From the NCBI GenBank assembly GCA_944332525.1, contig CALVKD010000022.1, forward strand, positions 2,392 through 66,391: 64,000 bases of DNA, given 5' to 3'. Shown in pieces: positions 27,560 through 38,851 of this stretch (position 1 is the first letter of the stretch; each line of letters starts with the position of its first letter). Below the pieces are notes generated by a model. The model saw only the letters and a list, made by a program, of their open reading frames with translations, ran no database searches and was not told where the DNA came from. This DNA comes from an uncultured Bacilli bacterium. GTDB taxonomy: Bacteria; Bacillota_I; Bacilli_A; RFN20; CAG-449. The translations under genes and the position numbers were made by a program.

Positions 27560-28855
27560 ATGCTTAGCAATTATGTTAATGTTCTTGCCGATAGCGCAGG
27601 ACAGCCATATCAAATTTTATTGCCTCTAGCATTGATACTTTTAATATCTAAAAGTTTGATGATTCTTTGCCGGAGAGCAAAATTGCCTCAGATAGTTGGA
27701 GCTTTGATTACCGGTGTTTTAATCGGTTTAATTTTATTAATACCAAACCAAAATATCTTGACTCCATATGTTCAAGAAGGTATTGATGATCTAGCAAAGA
27801 TTGGGGTTATTTTAATTATGTTCTCAGCGGGTGTTGAGACTGATGTCAATAAAATAAAATCTTGCGGATTAGCTTCCATTGTCATCACTATTTTAGGCGT
27901 TGTTGTGCCGATGGGGTTAGGATTTTTAACCGCCTTTGCCTTCTTTCCAAATAATAACTGGATATCAAATCTTTTCTACGGGGTTGTTTTGACAGCAACT
28001 TCTGTTTCGGTTACGGTTTCCGCCTTAAAAGAATTAGGAAAATTAGATAGTAAAGTCGGAACAAGTATTGTTTCTGCAGCGATCATTGATGATGTAATCG
28101 GAGTTATTTTACTATCGATTATCGTCTCGTTAGGAGAATCCTCAGGCGGAAGCGCCGTAGCGGTTATGGAACAAATCGGCTTAATGGTTCTTTATTTCAT
28201 CTTAGCTTTAGGCTTAGGATTCTTGATTAAAAAAGTTTTTACTTGGCTTGACGTCAAGTATCCAATGCATCGGAGAATTGCTATATACGGGTTAGCAATT
28301 TGCTTCTTCTATGCTTATTTTGCTGAAAGATTCTTTGGTGTTGCTGACATTACTGGTGCTTATATTGCCGGCTTAGTATTATCAGGTGCTCGTCAGGTTA
28401 GAGACAATCCGACCTCAACCCAATATATTGATAGAAAAGTTGAGCAAGAGTCCTATTTACTTTTCCAACCGGTCTTCTTCGCTTCCATTGGCTTAATGTT
28501 ATTTGATAAAAATGAACAGGGTAATTTTATTATCTCTGAAATCTTTACCGATTGGCGGTTTTTATTATTCGGATTATGCTTTGTTATCGCTGGCATGGCC
28601 GGAAAAATTTTAGGTGCCGGTATTGGTGCGAAGATTTGTAAGTATTCCTTTGCCGATTCTTTAAAAGTTGGTGTAGGAATGATGTGCCGGGCAGAAGTTG
28701 TTATCGTCTGCGCGGAAAGAGGTATTTCTGCCGGTATGATTAATCCGGGCATTATGCCGTTTGTCCTAGTCTTAATTGTCGTTACTTCTTTCACTACTCC
28801 AATCATTTTAAAGGCTTTATATAAGAAAGAAACAGTTACTGCGGATTTAAAATAG
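27560..28855 (+). CDS. Monovalent cation:proton antiporter (CPA2 / Kef-type Na+/H+ exchanger family)
   Basis: 12-13 TM helices with Na_H_Exchanger-like motifs (GVETDVNKIK, IIDDVIGVILLSI). Confidence 0.75.
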   Translation: MLSNYVNVLADSAGQPYQILLPLALILLISKSLMILCRRAKLPQIVGALITGVLIGLILLIPNQNILTPYVQEGIDDLAKIGVILIMFSAGVETDVNKIKSCGLASIVITILGVVVPMGLGFLTAFAFFPNNNWISNLFYGVVLTATSVSVTVSALKELGKLDSKVGTSIVSAAIIDDVIGVILLSIIVSLGESSGGSAVAVMEQIGLMVLYFILALGLGFLIKKVFTWLDVKYPMHRRIAIYGLAICFFYAYFAERFFGVADITGAYIAGLVLSGARQVRDNPTSTQYIDRKVEQESYLLFQPVFFASIGLMLFDKNEQGNFIISEIFTDWRFLLFGLCFVIAGMAGKILGAGIGAKICKYSFADSLKVGVGMMCRAEVVIVCAERGISAGMINPGIMPFVLVLIVVTSFTTPIILKALYKKETVTADLK

Positions 28856-28874
28856 CTTTCAATTATTAGGATAA

Positions 28875-28909
28875 AAAAGCAAAAGATCTTCGGAAATTTT
28901 GCTTTTTTT
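28875..28909 (+). terminator. Rho-independent terminator after the antiporter gene
   Basis: AAAAGCAAAA-loop-TTTTGCTTTT followed by a T-run. Confidence 0.7.
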
Positions 28910-28961
28910 ATTCTTTTAATAGAATAAAATTCTTTAATCTAATTAATACATGTTAAGTAAT

Positions 28962-28991
28962 TTGTTGAAAAAACTCCTTTTATGTTATAAT
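28962..28991 (+). promoter_or_regulatory. Candidate sigma-A promoter TTGTTG-N18-TATAAT for the lipoprotein gene at 29039
   Basis: Hexamers read directly from the sequence. AAGGAGG RBS lies downstream. Confidence 0.4.
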
Positions 28992-29038
28992 TAAATTAAC
29001 AAAAAGAAAGAAATTTTCTTTCGCCAAAGGAGGACAAT

Positions 29039-30790
29039 ATGAATAAGAAGTACTTATTGCTTTCACTTGGTGGCGTTCTTATGTTAGCTTCTTGTGGAGG
29101 AACGTCGTCAAGTATATCATCAATTGTAAGCTCACCAATTTCTGAAGAACCTGTCAGTAGTTCATTGCCTGAGACAGCTCTTTCCGGACGAGATTTATTT
29201 GATCGGATGTATGATCAATTAGCCTCTGAAGATAATTTTGGCATAGATCTCGAAATTGAAGTTGTCGATAATATTACTATCGACGTATACGGTGTTTTAA
29301 TTAACAAAGGTAATCTTGATTTTGATGGAAGACTAGTAGTTAATGCTTTCTCTGCTACTGGTGAAAATTTATCGTCTGACTATCTTTTGCTGAGAGATCA
29401 TGAATTTATTCATTTAAGTAAAACTGTTGAAGGACCATACGCGATTAGCCGCGAAAATGCTTATTTTGAAGGAATTAATTACTACGTTGATTATTTATCT
29501 AACTATCTCGGTGAAGAAATAAATATTGATTTAAAATCAATTATCGGTTCACTTTTTGAACTAAGTAATGGCGAAGTAACCATTACAGAAAATGGCTATT
29601 CCTGGAATAATGAATATCAGCTTGCAGAAACTTTAACAGCATTAACTAATTATTTAACTTTAAATAAAGATCGGCCATTAGGTGATGTGATTTTAGAATT
29701 GACTTCACTTAGTAAAGAAGAATTGATGTCTTCAATTAATAATATTTTCCAAGAAGGCGCGTCAGTTTATGTTTTAATCCAAGAAATTGATAAATTACTA
29801 TTAGCTTCTGGCTCGGATTTAACAGTAGAAAAGATTATTAATTTCGTGCAGGAAACCTTAAACTTAGAGACTTCAACTATTGTTAAATTAATTAATAAAT
29901 TAGCTGGGTCGACGTTAATAGCTAATCCATTACCTGATGATACGTTATACGATGTTATTGAACGTTTAGCGATGACAGTTTCCCTAGAAACACTTTTAAA
30001 AACTCTTATTTCACCGGAAACTGATTTATCAACAATACCGTTAATGATTGAAAATCTTCTCTTTGCAGCAGAAGATTCAACAAGTGAGCCGACTTATTTA
30101 ACACTAGCTCAACTTTCATTGGCATTTTCTGAAGCCCTTGGAGTTGATTTAGTTACAGTTTTACCAGCTTTAAAATTCAATTCGCTTGATTTGTCTTGTA
30201 AAGTGGACTTTGATAATTTAGCCCGCTTAAGCAATGTTGAATTAAACGGATTAATTAATATTGATAATGTCGCCGGTGAAGAGACGGTATCGCTTTTAGA
30301 TTATGAAGTTAATGTTAAGGCAGGGTTTACTTATTCTGTTACAATTGATGAAGACGCTTTGTTTGATATCAGCGATTTAACTATAGATTATACAGGAGAC
30401 TTGCCTTATTATTCTGCTCCGGATAATTTGATGTTTGAAACTAATCGAAACTTTGAATATTTAATCTTTGAAGAAGAAACCAATATTTATAGTAGAATGT
30501 TCTTACAAACTTATGCTAATACAGGTTTACCTTTACAATATTTCTTTGAACAGGATACTAATCAAGTAGAACTCATTTCAGAAAATAATATTAAGATTGG
30601 AGATGCTACGCTTGAAGATTATACGTTCTACGGACTTGCTTGTAAGAAGTTATCCATTGATATCGATGACAATTATTTTGTTAATTCTGGTGAAACTTCA
30701 TTAGGCATTGAGTTAGGATTTACGATGCTCAATGATGCTGGAGAAATCATGGGTTATAGTGCTTACGAAATACTTAGAATAATTGTTTAA
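29039..30790 (+). CDS. Lipoprotein, unknown function (583 aa)
   Basis: Lipobox LASCGG after the signal peptide, then a Ser-rich linker. Strong RBS AAGGAGG. Confidence 0.55.
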   Translation: MNKKYLLLSLGGVLMLASCGGTSSSISSIVSSPISEEPVSSSLPETALSGRDLFDRMYDQLASEDNFGIDLEIEVVDNITIDVYGVLINKGNLDFDGRLVVNAFSATGENLSSDYLLLRDHEFIHLSKTVEGPYAISRENAYFEGINYYVDYLSNYLGEEINIDLKSIIGSLFELSNGEVTITENGYSWNNEYQLAETLTALTNYLTLNKDRPLGDVILELTSLSKEELMSSINNIFQEGASVYVLIQEIDKLLLASGSDLTVEKIINFVQETLNLETSTIVKLINKLAGSTLIANPLPDDTLYDVIERLAMTVSLETLLKTLISPETDLSTIPLMIENLLFAAEDSTSEPTYLTLAQLSLAFSEALGVDLVTVLPALKFNSLDLSCKVDFDNLARLSNVELNGLINIDNVAGEETVSLLDYEVNVKAGFTYSVTIDEDALFDISDLTIDYTGDLPYYSAPDNLMFETNRNFEYLIFEEETNIYSRMFLQTYANTGLPLQYFFEQDTNQVELISENNIKIGDATLEDYTFYGLACKKLSIDIDDNYFVNSGETSLGIELGFTMLNDAGEIMGYSAYEILRIIV

Positions 30791-30848
30791 TGTAGTTTAA
30801 ATTATTGTCTATATAGGTAATTTGTTAGACTAGAAAAGTTAACTTAAT

Positions 30849-30895
30849 AAAAAGGATTATATTCTCTAAAGTGAGAAATAATCCTTTTTCTATTC
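30849..30895 (+). terminator. Rho-independent terminator (AAAAAGGATTAT / ATAATCCTTTTT)
   Basis: Perfect 12-bp stem plus T-run, downstream of the gene at 29039-30790. Confidence 0.65.
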
Positions 30896-30910
30896 TTGTT
30901 AATTTTTTAC

Positions 30911-30954
30911 ATATAAAAACCCAAAAGTGTTTTGCATTTTATAAACTTTTGGGT
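30911..30954 (-). terminator. Rho-independent terminator for the minus-strand ABC genes
   Basis: ACCCAAAAGT / ACTTTTGGGT stem with a T-run on the minus strand, just past the stop at 30974. Confidence 0.65.
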
Positions 30955-30973
30955 TTAAGAGAAAACTATCTTT

Positions 30974-32905
30974 TTAGCAATGCTTTACGAAGAGAGATTT
31001 TATCTTTGTTAAGAAAAAGATTAAAATCGGTAAGAATAAAAATATTAAACTAATTGCAAATGAGATATGATGTAAGGCTGCCGTTCTAAGACAATAACCA
31101 AATACTAAAACATTTAAGAAGTTATATAAATATTCTACAAAGAACGAGAAGGCAAAACCTAATAGATATAAGATAACTGCCATTATTGAAATTTCACTTA
31201 ACGATAATGATGCTACATGGAGTTTACTAACACCTAAAGTTTCTAATGCTTCATATTCTTTGCTATGATTTTTCTTAGACACAAAGACATAGACAATTGA
31301 GAAAATTAGATATACCATTCCGAAAAATCCAAAGAAAGCATACGCGGCTGTGTCATAATATTTTTTATTAGTCGTAGCGAAAAGTGAATAAATTTGGAAT
31401 GGATTTTCGAAAGAGTATTCATCGTTATATGAAAGCGATAGTTTTTCATAATTATCGTAGGCTTCATAACTATTTATTGAAATAGTATAGGCTTCATTAA
31501 TGTTACTATCGTAAGAACTAATATCATCCGGTAAAGCTTTAACTATTACCGAATTGTAGATACTATAATCATCATAAGAATCAGCAAAATCCATATTGAA
31601 GTTTACATTATCGGTATAGATTTTGAATGAATCTTGACCGCAGGTATATAATCCAGTCAGTTCTTTATGATCTTCTGCAAGTTTGTTATAACGGGTAATA
31701 ATATCATCATAAGATGCTTTAGAAGTTCCTGTTTCGTTATATAAAAGTTTATAAACTGCGATATCACTTATCATGTAATCTAATTCTTTGCTCGGAATTT
31801 CACCAGAAACTAATGAAACATGAAATACTGTCTCTAAATTATCGCTATATTGAAAGATTCTCGTTTTTTTATCTAATTCGAGTTCATCAAATCCGTAATA
31901 GTTTTTTAGAATAGTTTGAGAAGAGATACTTTTAGCGGCATTATTTCCAAAAAGCAGGGATATATCGGTGTCTAATGTCTCGGAAAAAGAACCATTATCT
32001 GTTGTCACACCTAGTTGATAACCATTATCGACAATTAAATCTATTGATTTAGCACCCCATGAATTATATATTTCATTATTTGCTACTATAATCAATCCTA
32101 AAGATAAAATCATCGCTAAATAAATACCAATAAATTTGCTGAATTTATATTTTAAATTAGCGAATAATAATGAAAATAATTTAGAAAATGCGAGTTTATC
32201 TTTTTTATTTACAGCATCAGACTCGATATTTTCACTAAGGGTATTATCAATGATTTCACCATTATCAATTGTTATTTTACCATCGATAAATTCTTCAATA
32301 TCGCTAGTATCATGCGAAACAGTGATAATTAGTTTATTTTTTGATTCTTCTTTTAACAATTTAAAAATCTTTAAAGTGATTTCTTTGTTGACTCTGCTTG
32401 ATGGTTCATCGACGAGTAAGACACTTACATTGAGAAGTAAACTTCTAACAATAGCGATTCTTTGTTTTTCACCGCTTGATAGTTCTTTTGGATACTTTGT
32501 TAAAAAAGAAGAATCCAAATCCATTTTCTCAAAGTAATCAAGTACTCTGTCTTTGTCGAGTTTAATCTTTTTTAACGATAAGAATAACTCTAAGTTTTTC
32601 TCAATATTTATTTCCTCAATTAATTCAATATTTTGAGGGATAAAGCCGACATTATTAATCAAAAAATTTTCTCTATCTGAAGCTTTTAAATTTATAACAT
32701 TTTTGCCGTTATAAGATACTTCACCGTGATCTAATGTTAGATTTAATCCTAAAATATTTAATAATGTTGTTTTACCAGACCCGCTTTTTCCATCAATTAA
32801 GAACATTCCCTTATCAGGAAAAGTAAGATTAACTGGTCCAAAACGGAAGGCGGTTAAACCATTTTTAAGTTTAAATTTTATTGAAGCATTTTTTACATTT
32901 ATCAT
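30974..32905 (-). CDS. Fused ABC transporter: N-terminal ATPase plus C-terminal FtsX/MacB-type permease
   Basis: Walker A GKSGSGKTT, signature LSSGEKQR, Walker B LLVDEPSS. C-terminal TM helices. Paralog of the upstream gene with a 4-nt overlap. Confidence 0.75.
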   Translation of the reverse strand: MINVKNASIKFKLKNGLTAFRFGPVNLTFPDKGMFLIDGKSGSGKTTLLNILGLNLTLDHGEVSYNGKNVINLKASDRENFLINNVGFIPQNIELIEEINIEKNLELFLSLKKIKLDKDRVLDYFEKMDLDSSFLTKYPKELSSGEKQRIAIVRSLLLNVSVLLVDEPSSRVNKEITLKIFKLLKEESKNKLIITVSHDTSDIEEFIDGKITIDNGEIIDNTLSENIESDAVNKKDKLAFSKLFSLLFANLKYKFSKFIGIYLAMILSLGLIIVANNEIYNSWGAKSIDLIVDNGYQLGVTTDNGSFSETLDTDISLLFGNNAAKSISSQTILKNYYGFDELELDKKTRIFQYSDNLETVFHVSLVSGEIPSKELDYMISDIAVYKLLYNETGTSKASYDDIITRYNKLAEDHKELTGLYTCGQDSFKIYTDNVNFNMDFADSYDDYSIYNSVIVKALPDDISSYDSNINEAYTISINSYEAYDNYEKLSLSYNDEYSFENPFQIYSLFATTNKKYYDTAAYAFFGFFGMVYLIFSIVYVFVSKKNHSKEYEALETLGVSKLHVASLSLSEISIMAVILYLLGFAFSFFVEYLYNFLNVLVFGYCLRTAALHHISFAISLIFLFLPILIFFLTKIKSLFVKHC

Positions 32906-34833
32906 AATTTAATAATCCTCTTTTTACGATATATTCTATGTAGTAACAAATAGGTGATTCCAAATACGAGCAGTAAAACAATAATAAAGCTAATAATTGA
33001 TAAAGACCATTGATGGCTTACAATTAAGCAGTCAAATCCTTTACCAAAATTAGAAAAATCAACACTTCCTATTAGATAAATTGTCAAAGAAGTTATTGGA
33101 AGTGAAACAGCAAAAGCAAGAACGCTTATCAATAATGAAAATAATAAATGATAGGCTAAGGATTCTTTAAAAGAGAAGCCAAGTGTTCTATAGAGAATAA
33201 TTGTTTCTTTGTTTTTAGAAATAATTGAATATAAAATTAAAATCAAAAATACTAATGAAATAACAACGGCAATACCTCCAAAAATCAAATAAATTTCAGA
33301 TGTGCTCCGATATTTTGAAGATTTTACAAATGAAGGTAAGGAAGGATTAGTAAAACTTAAATCATATGTGTATTCATTTATTTCAAATATATCAGTATCA
33401 AAGTTCAGATTTAATGTATTGGAAAGTTTAATAAGGGTGTCGCCTTTTAAATTAAATAATATGCAATAAACTTTATATTCAATGTTATATTGCTTTAATA
33501 AATTATATATATTATTTGATGCGATATATGTAGGTAAAATCGTATTAATTGTTTCTTCGATATAGTATCCGACAATGGTAAATTCTAGTGGGCTAACATT
33601 GTCAGTTTTACCAACTTTAATAGATTGTTTTTGACCGATAACATCGTCAATGCTATCTAAATCCAATTTTTCTTGAATATATCTAGCTTCACTATAATCA
33701 ATTAATAGTTCGTTTTCTGATTTTGGCAATTCTCCATGCACGTCTCCAAGAAAATACTGCGTTGAGCCATCGTCATTAAGTGGCAAAAACGAAAAATAAT
33801 TTGATGTATAATACATATTAGCGTAGCTGCTATCAGAAAAATTCTCACTAATTATATTGCTTAGAGATTCCATTGCTACATCGCTTTCTATTACATCTGT
33901 ACAATCAATTGCCATTGAAAAATGTTCGCTAGAATTATTTATTGCTTTTTGAACGTTTCCTATCGTAGCGTTATTAACAGAAGATGACATAATCCATTCG
34001 GTGCCAATTGAAAAAATTAATAAAAAGCAAAACAAAACAAAATAAAGCAAAGCGTTAGATTTCAAAATAGACTTTAAAACAAATGAATTAAAAGCAAATT
34101 TTCCTTTGCTTGGTGAAATTATTGTTTCGTTTTCTTCTGATTTGTCTTTTTCTTCAACAATAACCTCAGTTTGAGGATTAATTAAATTCCCATGATCTAG
34201 TGTTAATTTTTCATCGCAATATTTATTTGCAAACTTAGTATCATGAGTAGAAATAATAATGAGCTTTTCCTTTGATAACTTCTTCAGAATCAAAAATATT
34301 TCTTCAGCGTTTTCATAATCAAGTTCAGATGTCGGCTCATCCATCACGATGATAGGATTATTAATTAATAAAGCTCTTAAAATATTAGCTCTTTTCTTCT
34401 CGCCGCCACTTAACTGACCAATCTTTTGATCTAAAAGATTTTTTCTTAAGTTCAAAAATTCCATTAATTCATATAATCTATTTTCGTCTAACTGCAAATG
34501 ATTAATTGATAAAAATGTCGACAAATTATTAAGTAAGGTTTCGTTTTCTAAAAAGTTATTTTCTTCGTAAACGATACTAAAACTACGCTTTCTTAAGTAA
34601 TCGTTATAAATTGTATTACTATAATTTATTTTTTGACCATTGAATTCAACTTCTCCATTACTAGGAAAATCCAAGAAAGTTAAAATATTTAATAATGTAC
34701 TCTTTCCTGATCCAGATTGCCCAATAACAGGATAAAATCCTGTGTCTTTAAAGCAATAAGAAAAATCTTTTAAAGCGTATATTTCTTTACTTCTTTTTTT
34801 ATATATTTTATTTATTTTATTAAAACGTATCAT
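32902..34833 (-). CDS. Fused ABC transporter: N-terminal ATPase plus C-terminal FtsX/MacB-type permease (paralog)
   Basis: Walker A GQSGSGKST, signature LSGGEKKR, Walker B IVMDEPTSELD. C-terminal TM bundle. Confidence 0.75.
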   Translation of the reverse strand: MIRFNKINKIYKKRSKEIYALKDFSYCFKDTGFYPVIGQSGSGKSTLLNILTFLDFPSNGEVEFNGQKINYSNTIYNDYLRKRSFSIVYEENNFLENETLLNNLSTFLSINHLQLDENRLYELMEFLNLRKNLLDQKIGQLSGGEKKRANILRALLINNPIIVMDEPTSELDYENAEEIFLILKKLSKEKLIIISTHDTKFANKYCDEKLTLDHGNLINPQTEVIVEEKDKSEENETIISPSKGKFAFNSFVLKSILKSNALLYFVLFCFLLIFSIGTEWIMSSSVNNATIGNVQKAINNSSEHFSMAIDCTDVIESDVAMESLSNIISENFSDSSYANMYYTSNYFSFLPLNDDGSTQYFLGDVHGELPKSENELLIDYSEARYIQEKLDLDSIDDVIGQKQSIKVGKTDNVSPLEFTIVGYYIEETINTILPTYIASNNIYNLLKQYNIEYKVYCILFNLKGDTLIKLSNTLNLNFDTDIFEINEYTYDLSFTNPSLPSFVKSSKYRSTSEIYLIFGGIAVVISLVFLILILYSIISKNKETIILYRTLGFSFKESLAYHLLFSLLISVLAFAVSLPITSLTIYLIGSVDFSNFGKGFDCLIVSHQWSLSIISFIIVLLLVFGITYLLLHRIYRKKRIIKL

Positions 34834-35006
34834 AATAGTTATCCATTTTGTTTATCTAAATCCCCTCTATGTTTTTAATAAACGCAAAAGTAACTATGTT
34901 TTAAGTATCCCATATATATATACATAATCATCACCCCTACACTTATAACAGATATACTGATTATAATATCACTTTATTTAGAAAAAACAATTAATTTATA
35001 TAGATT

Positions 35007-35050
35007 AAAAAAGTGAACCAATTATGTCTTTTTGATTTAATTGATTCACT
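35007..35050 (-). terminator. Rho-independent terminator after the MacB-like gene
   Basis: AGTGAACCAATT / AATTGATTCACT stem with one mismatch, followed by TTTTTT on the minus strand. Confidence 0.5.
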
Positions 35051-35068
35051 AAGCAATGTTAAGTATGA

Positions 35069-37876
35069 TTATTCGCTTCTAAGGCAATCTACTGGATCCT
35101 TTTTCGAAGCGATTCTTGCAGGAATTAAACCGGCGATAAATGTTAATAAGCAGGAAAGAACTAAAAGTATTAATGCGCCTCCCCAAGGCAAGACAGCGAC
35201 ATTAGCGATACCTGCTAAATGATTTATGATTAATGAAATAGGTATATCTAAAACCATTGTGATAACTAATCCTAAAGCCCCTGAGATAAAGCCGATAATT
35301 AAACTTTCTGCAGTAAATACATGTTTGATATCTTTCTTTGAAGCACCAATCGCTCTTAAGACACCAATTTCTTTAGTTCTCTCTAGGACTGAAATATAAG
35401 TAATAATACCAATCATAATTGAAGAGACGATTAAGGAAACGGAGACGAAAGCGATTAGAACGTAGGAAATTGCATTGATAATCATCGATACTGAATCAAT
35501 CATTAATCCAGCATAATCAGTATAGGTAATGACATATGATTCACCTTTATTTGAATCAGCGCGCATTTCATCGTTATATTGATCGAGGAGTTTGATTAAT
35601 CTTTCTTTGCTTTCAAAATCGTTGCAATAGAAGGAAATAGATGAAGGATTAGCTAAGTCGATAACACCGAAGGCTTTCATGTTGTCTTCATAGGAAGAAG
35701 CGGAGAATACTTGATTGTAGAAAGCGTTGATATCATCATCGCTTGTCAGCATTGAAATCATCATTAAGAAAGCATTTCTAACTGCTTGTTCATCAGAAGT
35801 ATCAATTCCGTATTTATCTAATAAAGTTACTAAATCCGGATTACCTATTAAAATTGCTGAAACTTCGGCATCGGTAAGATTTGTAAAGTAGGTAGTTAAT
35901 TCTTGTTTCTTTTCTTGTACGGTCAATTCTTGACTAAATGGTTTACCTGTTAAAACGTTAATATCTGGAGTAGTCTTTTGAGCGATAACTACTGGGCTAT
36001 TTTCGTTGCGGTTAGCAATTTCTCTAGTTAATGATGGTAAATACGCGACCGGAGTAGAAATAGAATGAGCTGAAGCATTTTTATTAGGGCGGACAACTCC
36101 AACAATCTTTAAGTTAACGCCTTTTGAGCTGTCTTCAATGTTTTCTTTTATAAGTTCATCAGAGTTACTTAATGTGCGAATATCGCTGAAAGTACCATTA
36201 TCATTTTCCTTATAATAGTCTGAAGATGAGAAAATGCGGTATTCTTTTCCTAATATTTTTTCCATTGGGACATCAGGGATTTCCACTTCGTATTTATTGT
36301 AGTCAGGATTATTTTGATTTTCAAAGTTTTCTAATAATCCATGTGCTATATCATTAAGTGATGGTTCATCAACGATATCTAAGGCGTAGAGATAGTAATC
36401 GTTGATTGTGTAATTATCGTTAACAACTAAGATTGCTTCATCATAATTACTAGGCCAACGCGAACCATATTCCTCACCGATTAAATCATATTGACCTTTA
36501 ATTAAGTCCATCGAATCAATCATCTCGGAGAAAACTGAAGTGTTAAGAAGATTAAATCTAGTAATATATGATTCATAATCAATTGGAGCATCCGGGTATT
36601 TAGCGTTATATTCTTCACCGATTAAACGAATTAAATCAGTAAAAACTGTCATTGGTTCAAGCTGTGTTCCATCTTGAGAGTAGATATCGATATTGAGGTT
36701 ATAGGCATATTGAATAATGAATTCTTGGAAAGCCGGGTCGTTATCAATATAGCTCTTAAGATTTTTTAAGTTGTTGACTGAAGATGAGGACATAACTGAA
36801 TCAAAGATATTAGACATGATTTCATTTGCCCCGATTGAAGAATCGTTACCTTCAATTTCAGAAGAGGGTGGATTCATGATAGCTTCTAAAGCAGAGGTAT
36901 AGTTTAATGACTCAGTTGTGATAGTTAACGGATAGGTCGATAGGGTATCTTGCTGGACGGTGTCGATATAATTTTGGAATCCTGAAGATAAAGATAAGAT
37001 TAAAGCAATTCCGATAATGCCGATTGATCCGGCGAAAGATACTAAAGCAGTTCTTCCTTTCTTAGTTAAAAGGTTTTTGCCTGAAAGAGATAATGCTGTC
37101 CAAAAAGACATAGAAGTCTTTTTCTCTTTATTTGTTTTAGGTTTCTCTTCAACTAAACTGGTTTTAGGAGCGTCTTTAACATTAAATTCGCTAGAATCAT
37201 TCATAATTCTTCCATCGAGTAATTCGACGATTCTAGTTGAATATCTTTTAGCTAATTCCGGATTATGGGTGACCATGATGATGAGCTTTTCTTTAGAAAT
37301 CTCTTTTAATAGTTCCATAACCTGAATTGAGGTTTTAGTATCGAGAGCACCTGTTGGTTCATCAGCGAGGATGATGTCTGGATTATTAACAATCGCTCTA
37401 GCGATAGCTACTCTCTGCATCTGTCCTCCGGATAACTGTGTAGGTTTAGCGTTAATTTTATCGCCTAAGCCAACTTTCTCTAAAGCTTCTTTAGCCCGAG
37501 TTTTTCTTTCTTCTTTATTAACACCTGATAAGGTTAAGGCTAATTCAACGTTTTCTAAAACTGTTTGATGAGGAATTAAATTATAACTTTGGAAGACAAA
37601 GCCGATTTTGTGATTACGGTAGTTATCCCAATCGCTATCTTTATAATCTTTAGTAGAAATATTATTGATGATTAAATCGCCATCAGTATAGTGGTCAAGT
37701 CCTCCAATAATGTTTAACAAAGTAGTTTTTCCGCAGCCGGATGGTCCGAGAATAGAGACAAATTCAGTATCGCGGAATTGAATTGATACACCTTTTAAAG
37801 CTTCGACGCATTGATAATTGCTGTCACCTGGTTTTCCTAAGGTGTAAGTTTTAATAATATTCTTTAATTCAAGCAT
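35069..37876 (-). CDS. MacB-type ABC transporter with fused ATPase and permease and a large extracytoplasmic domain
   Basis: Walker [10 protein letters not shown], signature [14 protein letters not shown], Walker [12 protein letters not shown]. About 550-aa periplasmic-like domain between TM1 and the C-terminal FtsX helices. Confidence 0.8.
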   Translation of the reverse strand: MLELKNIIKTYTLGKPGDSNYQCVEALKGVSIQFRDTEFVSILGPSGCGKTTLLNIIGGLDHYTDGDLIINNISTKDYKDSDWDNYRNHKIGFVFQSYNLIPHQTVLENVELALTLSGVNKEERKTRAKEALEKVGLGDKINAKPTQLSGGQMQRVAIARAIVNNPDIILADEPTGALDTKTSIQVMELLKEISKEKLIIMVTHNPELAKRYSTRIVELLDGRIMNDSSEFNVKDAPKTSLVEEKPKTNKEKKTSMSFWTALSLSGKNLLTKKGRTALVSFAGSIGIIGIALILSLSSGFQNYIDTVQQDTLSTYPLTITTESLNYTSALEAIMNPPSSEIEGNDSSIGANEIMSNIFDSVMSSSSVNNLKNLKSYIDNDPAFQEFIIQYAYNLNIDIYSQDGTQLEPMTVFTDLIRLIGEEYNAKYPDAPIDYESYITRFNLLNTSVFSEMIDSMDLIKGQYDLIGEEYGSRWPSNYDEAILVVNDNYTINDYYLYALDIVDEPSLNDIAHGLLENFENQNNPDYNKYEVEIPDVPMEKILGKEYRIFSSSDYYKENDNGTFSDIRTLSNSDELIKENIEDSSKGVNLKIVGVVRPNKNASAHSISTPVAYLPSLTREIANRNENSPVVIAQKTTPDINVLTGKPFSQELTVQEKKQELTTYFTNLTDAEVSAILIGNPDLVTLLDKYGIDTSDEQAVRNAFLMMISMLTSDDDINAFYNQVFSASSYEDNMKAFGVIDLANPSSISFYCNDFESKERLIKLLDQYNDEMRADSNKGESYVITYTDYAGLMIDSVSMIINAISYVLIAFVSVSLIVSSIMIGIITYISVLERTKEIGVLRAIGASKKDIKHVFTAESLIIGFISGALGLVITMVLDIPISLIINHLAGIANVAVLPWGGALILLVLSCLLTFIAGLIPARIASKKDPVDCLRSE

Positions 37877-37914
37877 ATAAACTCCACTTCTTTTCTAATA
37901 ACTTAAATAAATTA

Positions 37915-38844
37915 TCAGTCATTTATTAACTTATTATTAACTTTTTGCTGTTCTAATAAATTTTTTGTTAATTCGTAATCCGGCAAGAGGTTTTTATAGA
38001 AGCGAATTAAACCTAATGGAGCGCATACGAATACGACAGAAAAAATTAATTTACGGAATCCAACCCAGCCGCTTCCAAAGAAGAAATCAAGAGGTGATTG
38101 ATAGTCTTTAATCATTGATGGAACAGCTATAGATAAGAATATCGCGAAAGTAATAAACGATATTGAAAGGAAAATCCAAGGCAAGACTTTATTAACATCA
38201 GGTTTAGATAAGAATAAAGTTGCTGTCATAAATAATGGAACAAAGACGCCTAAGAAAGTGATGTAATCATTCATAAAGACCATGGTGAGAATTGATGGAA
38301 CAATTCCGATTAAGGCCCCTAAAATAGCTAAGCAAATCGATAAGATAAAGCGCTTATTTCTCGTTTCAATATGCTTATTATACTTTTCCATAAATTTGTC
38401 ATAATAACTCTGAAAACAGTTTTTATGCATAGGAATATATTCTTCACCTAAAGCGGTATATTCTGTGCATTCTTGTTTGCAGAAGAAACAAGTATGATTA
38501 CCCTCATAGCCATCATTGATTAATAAGGCGGTTACCCGATCAAGTATTTCATCGCAGATAGCTTTAAAGTCCGGGCTATTTCTTTTTTCAATTGGCAAGG
38601 TGACGATTAAAGTGTCTTTTTCTGAAATCCCGTGAAGTGCGCAGGCATTTTTCTTCGCGGCCACTTCTAATCTTTTTCTTTCGACTTCCGTAATCTCTTT
38701 ATTAGTGACAATATAAAAAGATGGAATCGCGTAGATGGTGTATTTCCATTTTCTTAAATAGATAACGAAACCGCGCTCGCGTTTATAATAAATCCCGTTA
38801 TCCTCTTGAAAATCTAATTTAGCTGCATATTCTTGTAGTTCCAT
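37915..38844 (-). CDS. Membrane protein with N-terminal cytoplasmic Cys-rich (zinc-ribbon-like) domain and about 5 TM helices
   Basis: CFFCKQEC...CFQSYYDK cysteine pairs followed by hydrophobic helices. Confidence 0.4.
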   Translation of the reverse strand: MELQEYAAKLDFQEDNGIYYKRERGFVIYLRKWKYTIYAIPSFYIVTNKEITEVERKRLEVAAKKNACALHGISEKDTLIVTLPIEKRNSPDFKAICDEILDRVTALLINDGYEGNHTCFFCKQECTEYTALGEEYIPMHKNCFQSYYDKFMEKYNKHIETRNKRFILSICLAILGALIGIVPSILTMVFMNDYITFLGVFVPLFMTATLFLSKPDVNKVLPWIFLSISFITFAIFLSIAVPSMIKDYQSPLDFFFGSGWVGFRKLIFSVVFVCAPLGLIRFYKNLLPDYELTKNLLEQQKVNNKLIND

Positions 38845-38851
38845 ATCTTTT

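Noticed and set aside
27483-27560. Long-range inverted repeat (GACCCTTTCTCTTAAC ... GTTGTAAGAGAAAGGTC) followed by a T-run, after the transaldolase gene
   Set aside because: The arms are imperfect and separated by about 30 nt. It may be a terminator, but I could not establish a convincing stem. Not listed as a feature.
35013-35222. 69-aa plus-strand ORF
   Set aside because: Overlaps a terminator hairpin and the 3' end of the MacB-like gene on the opposite strand. No RBS.
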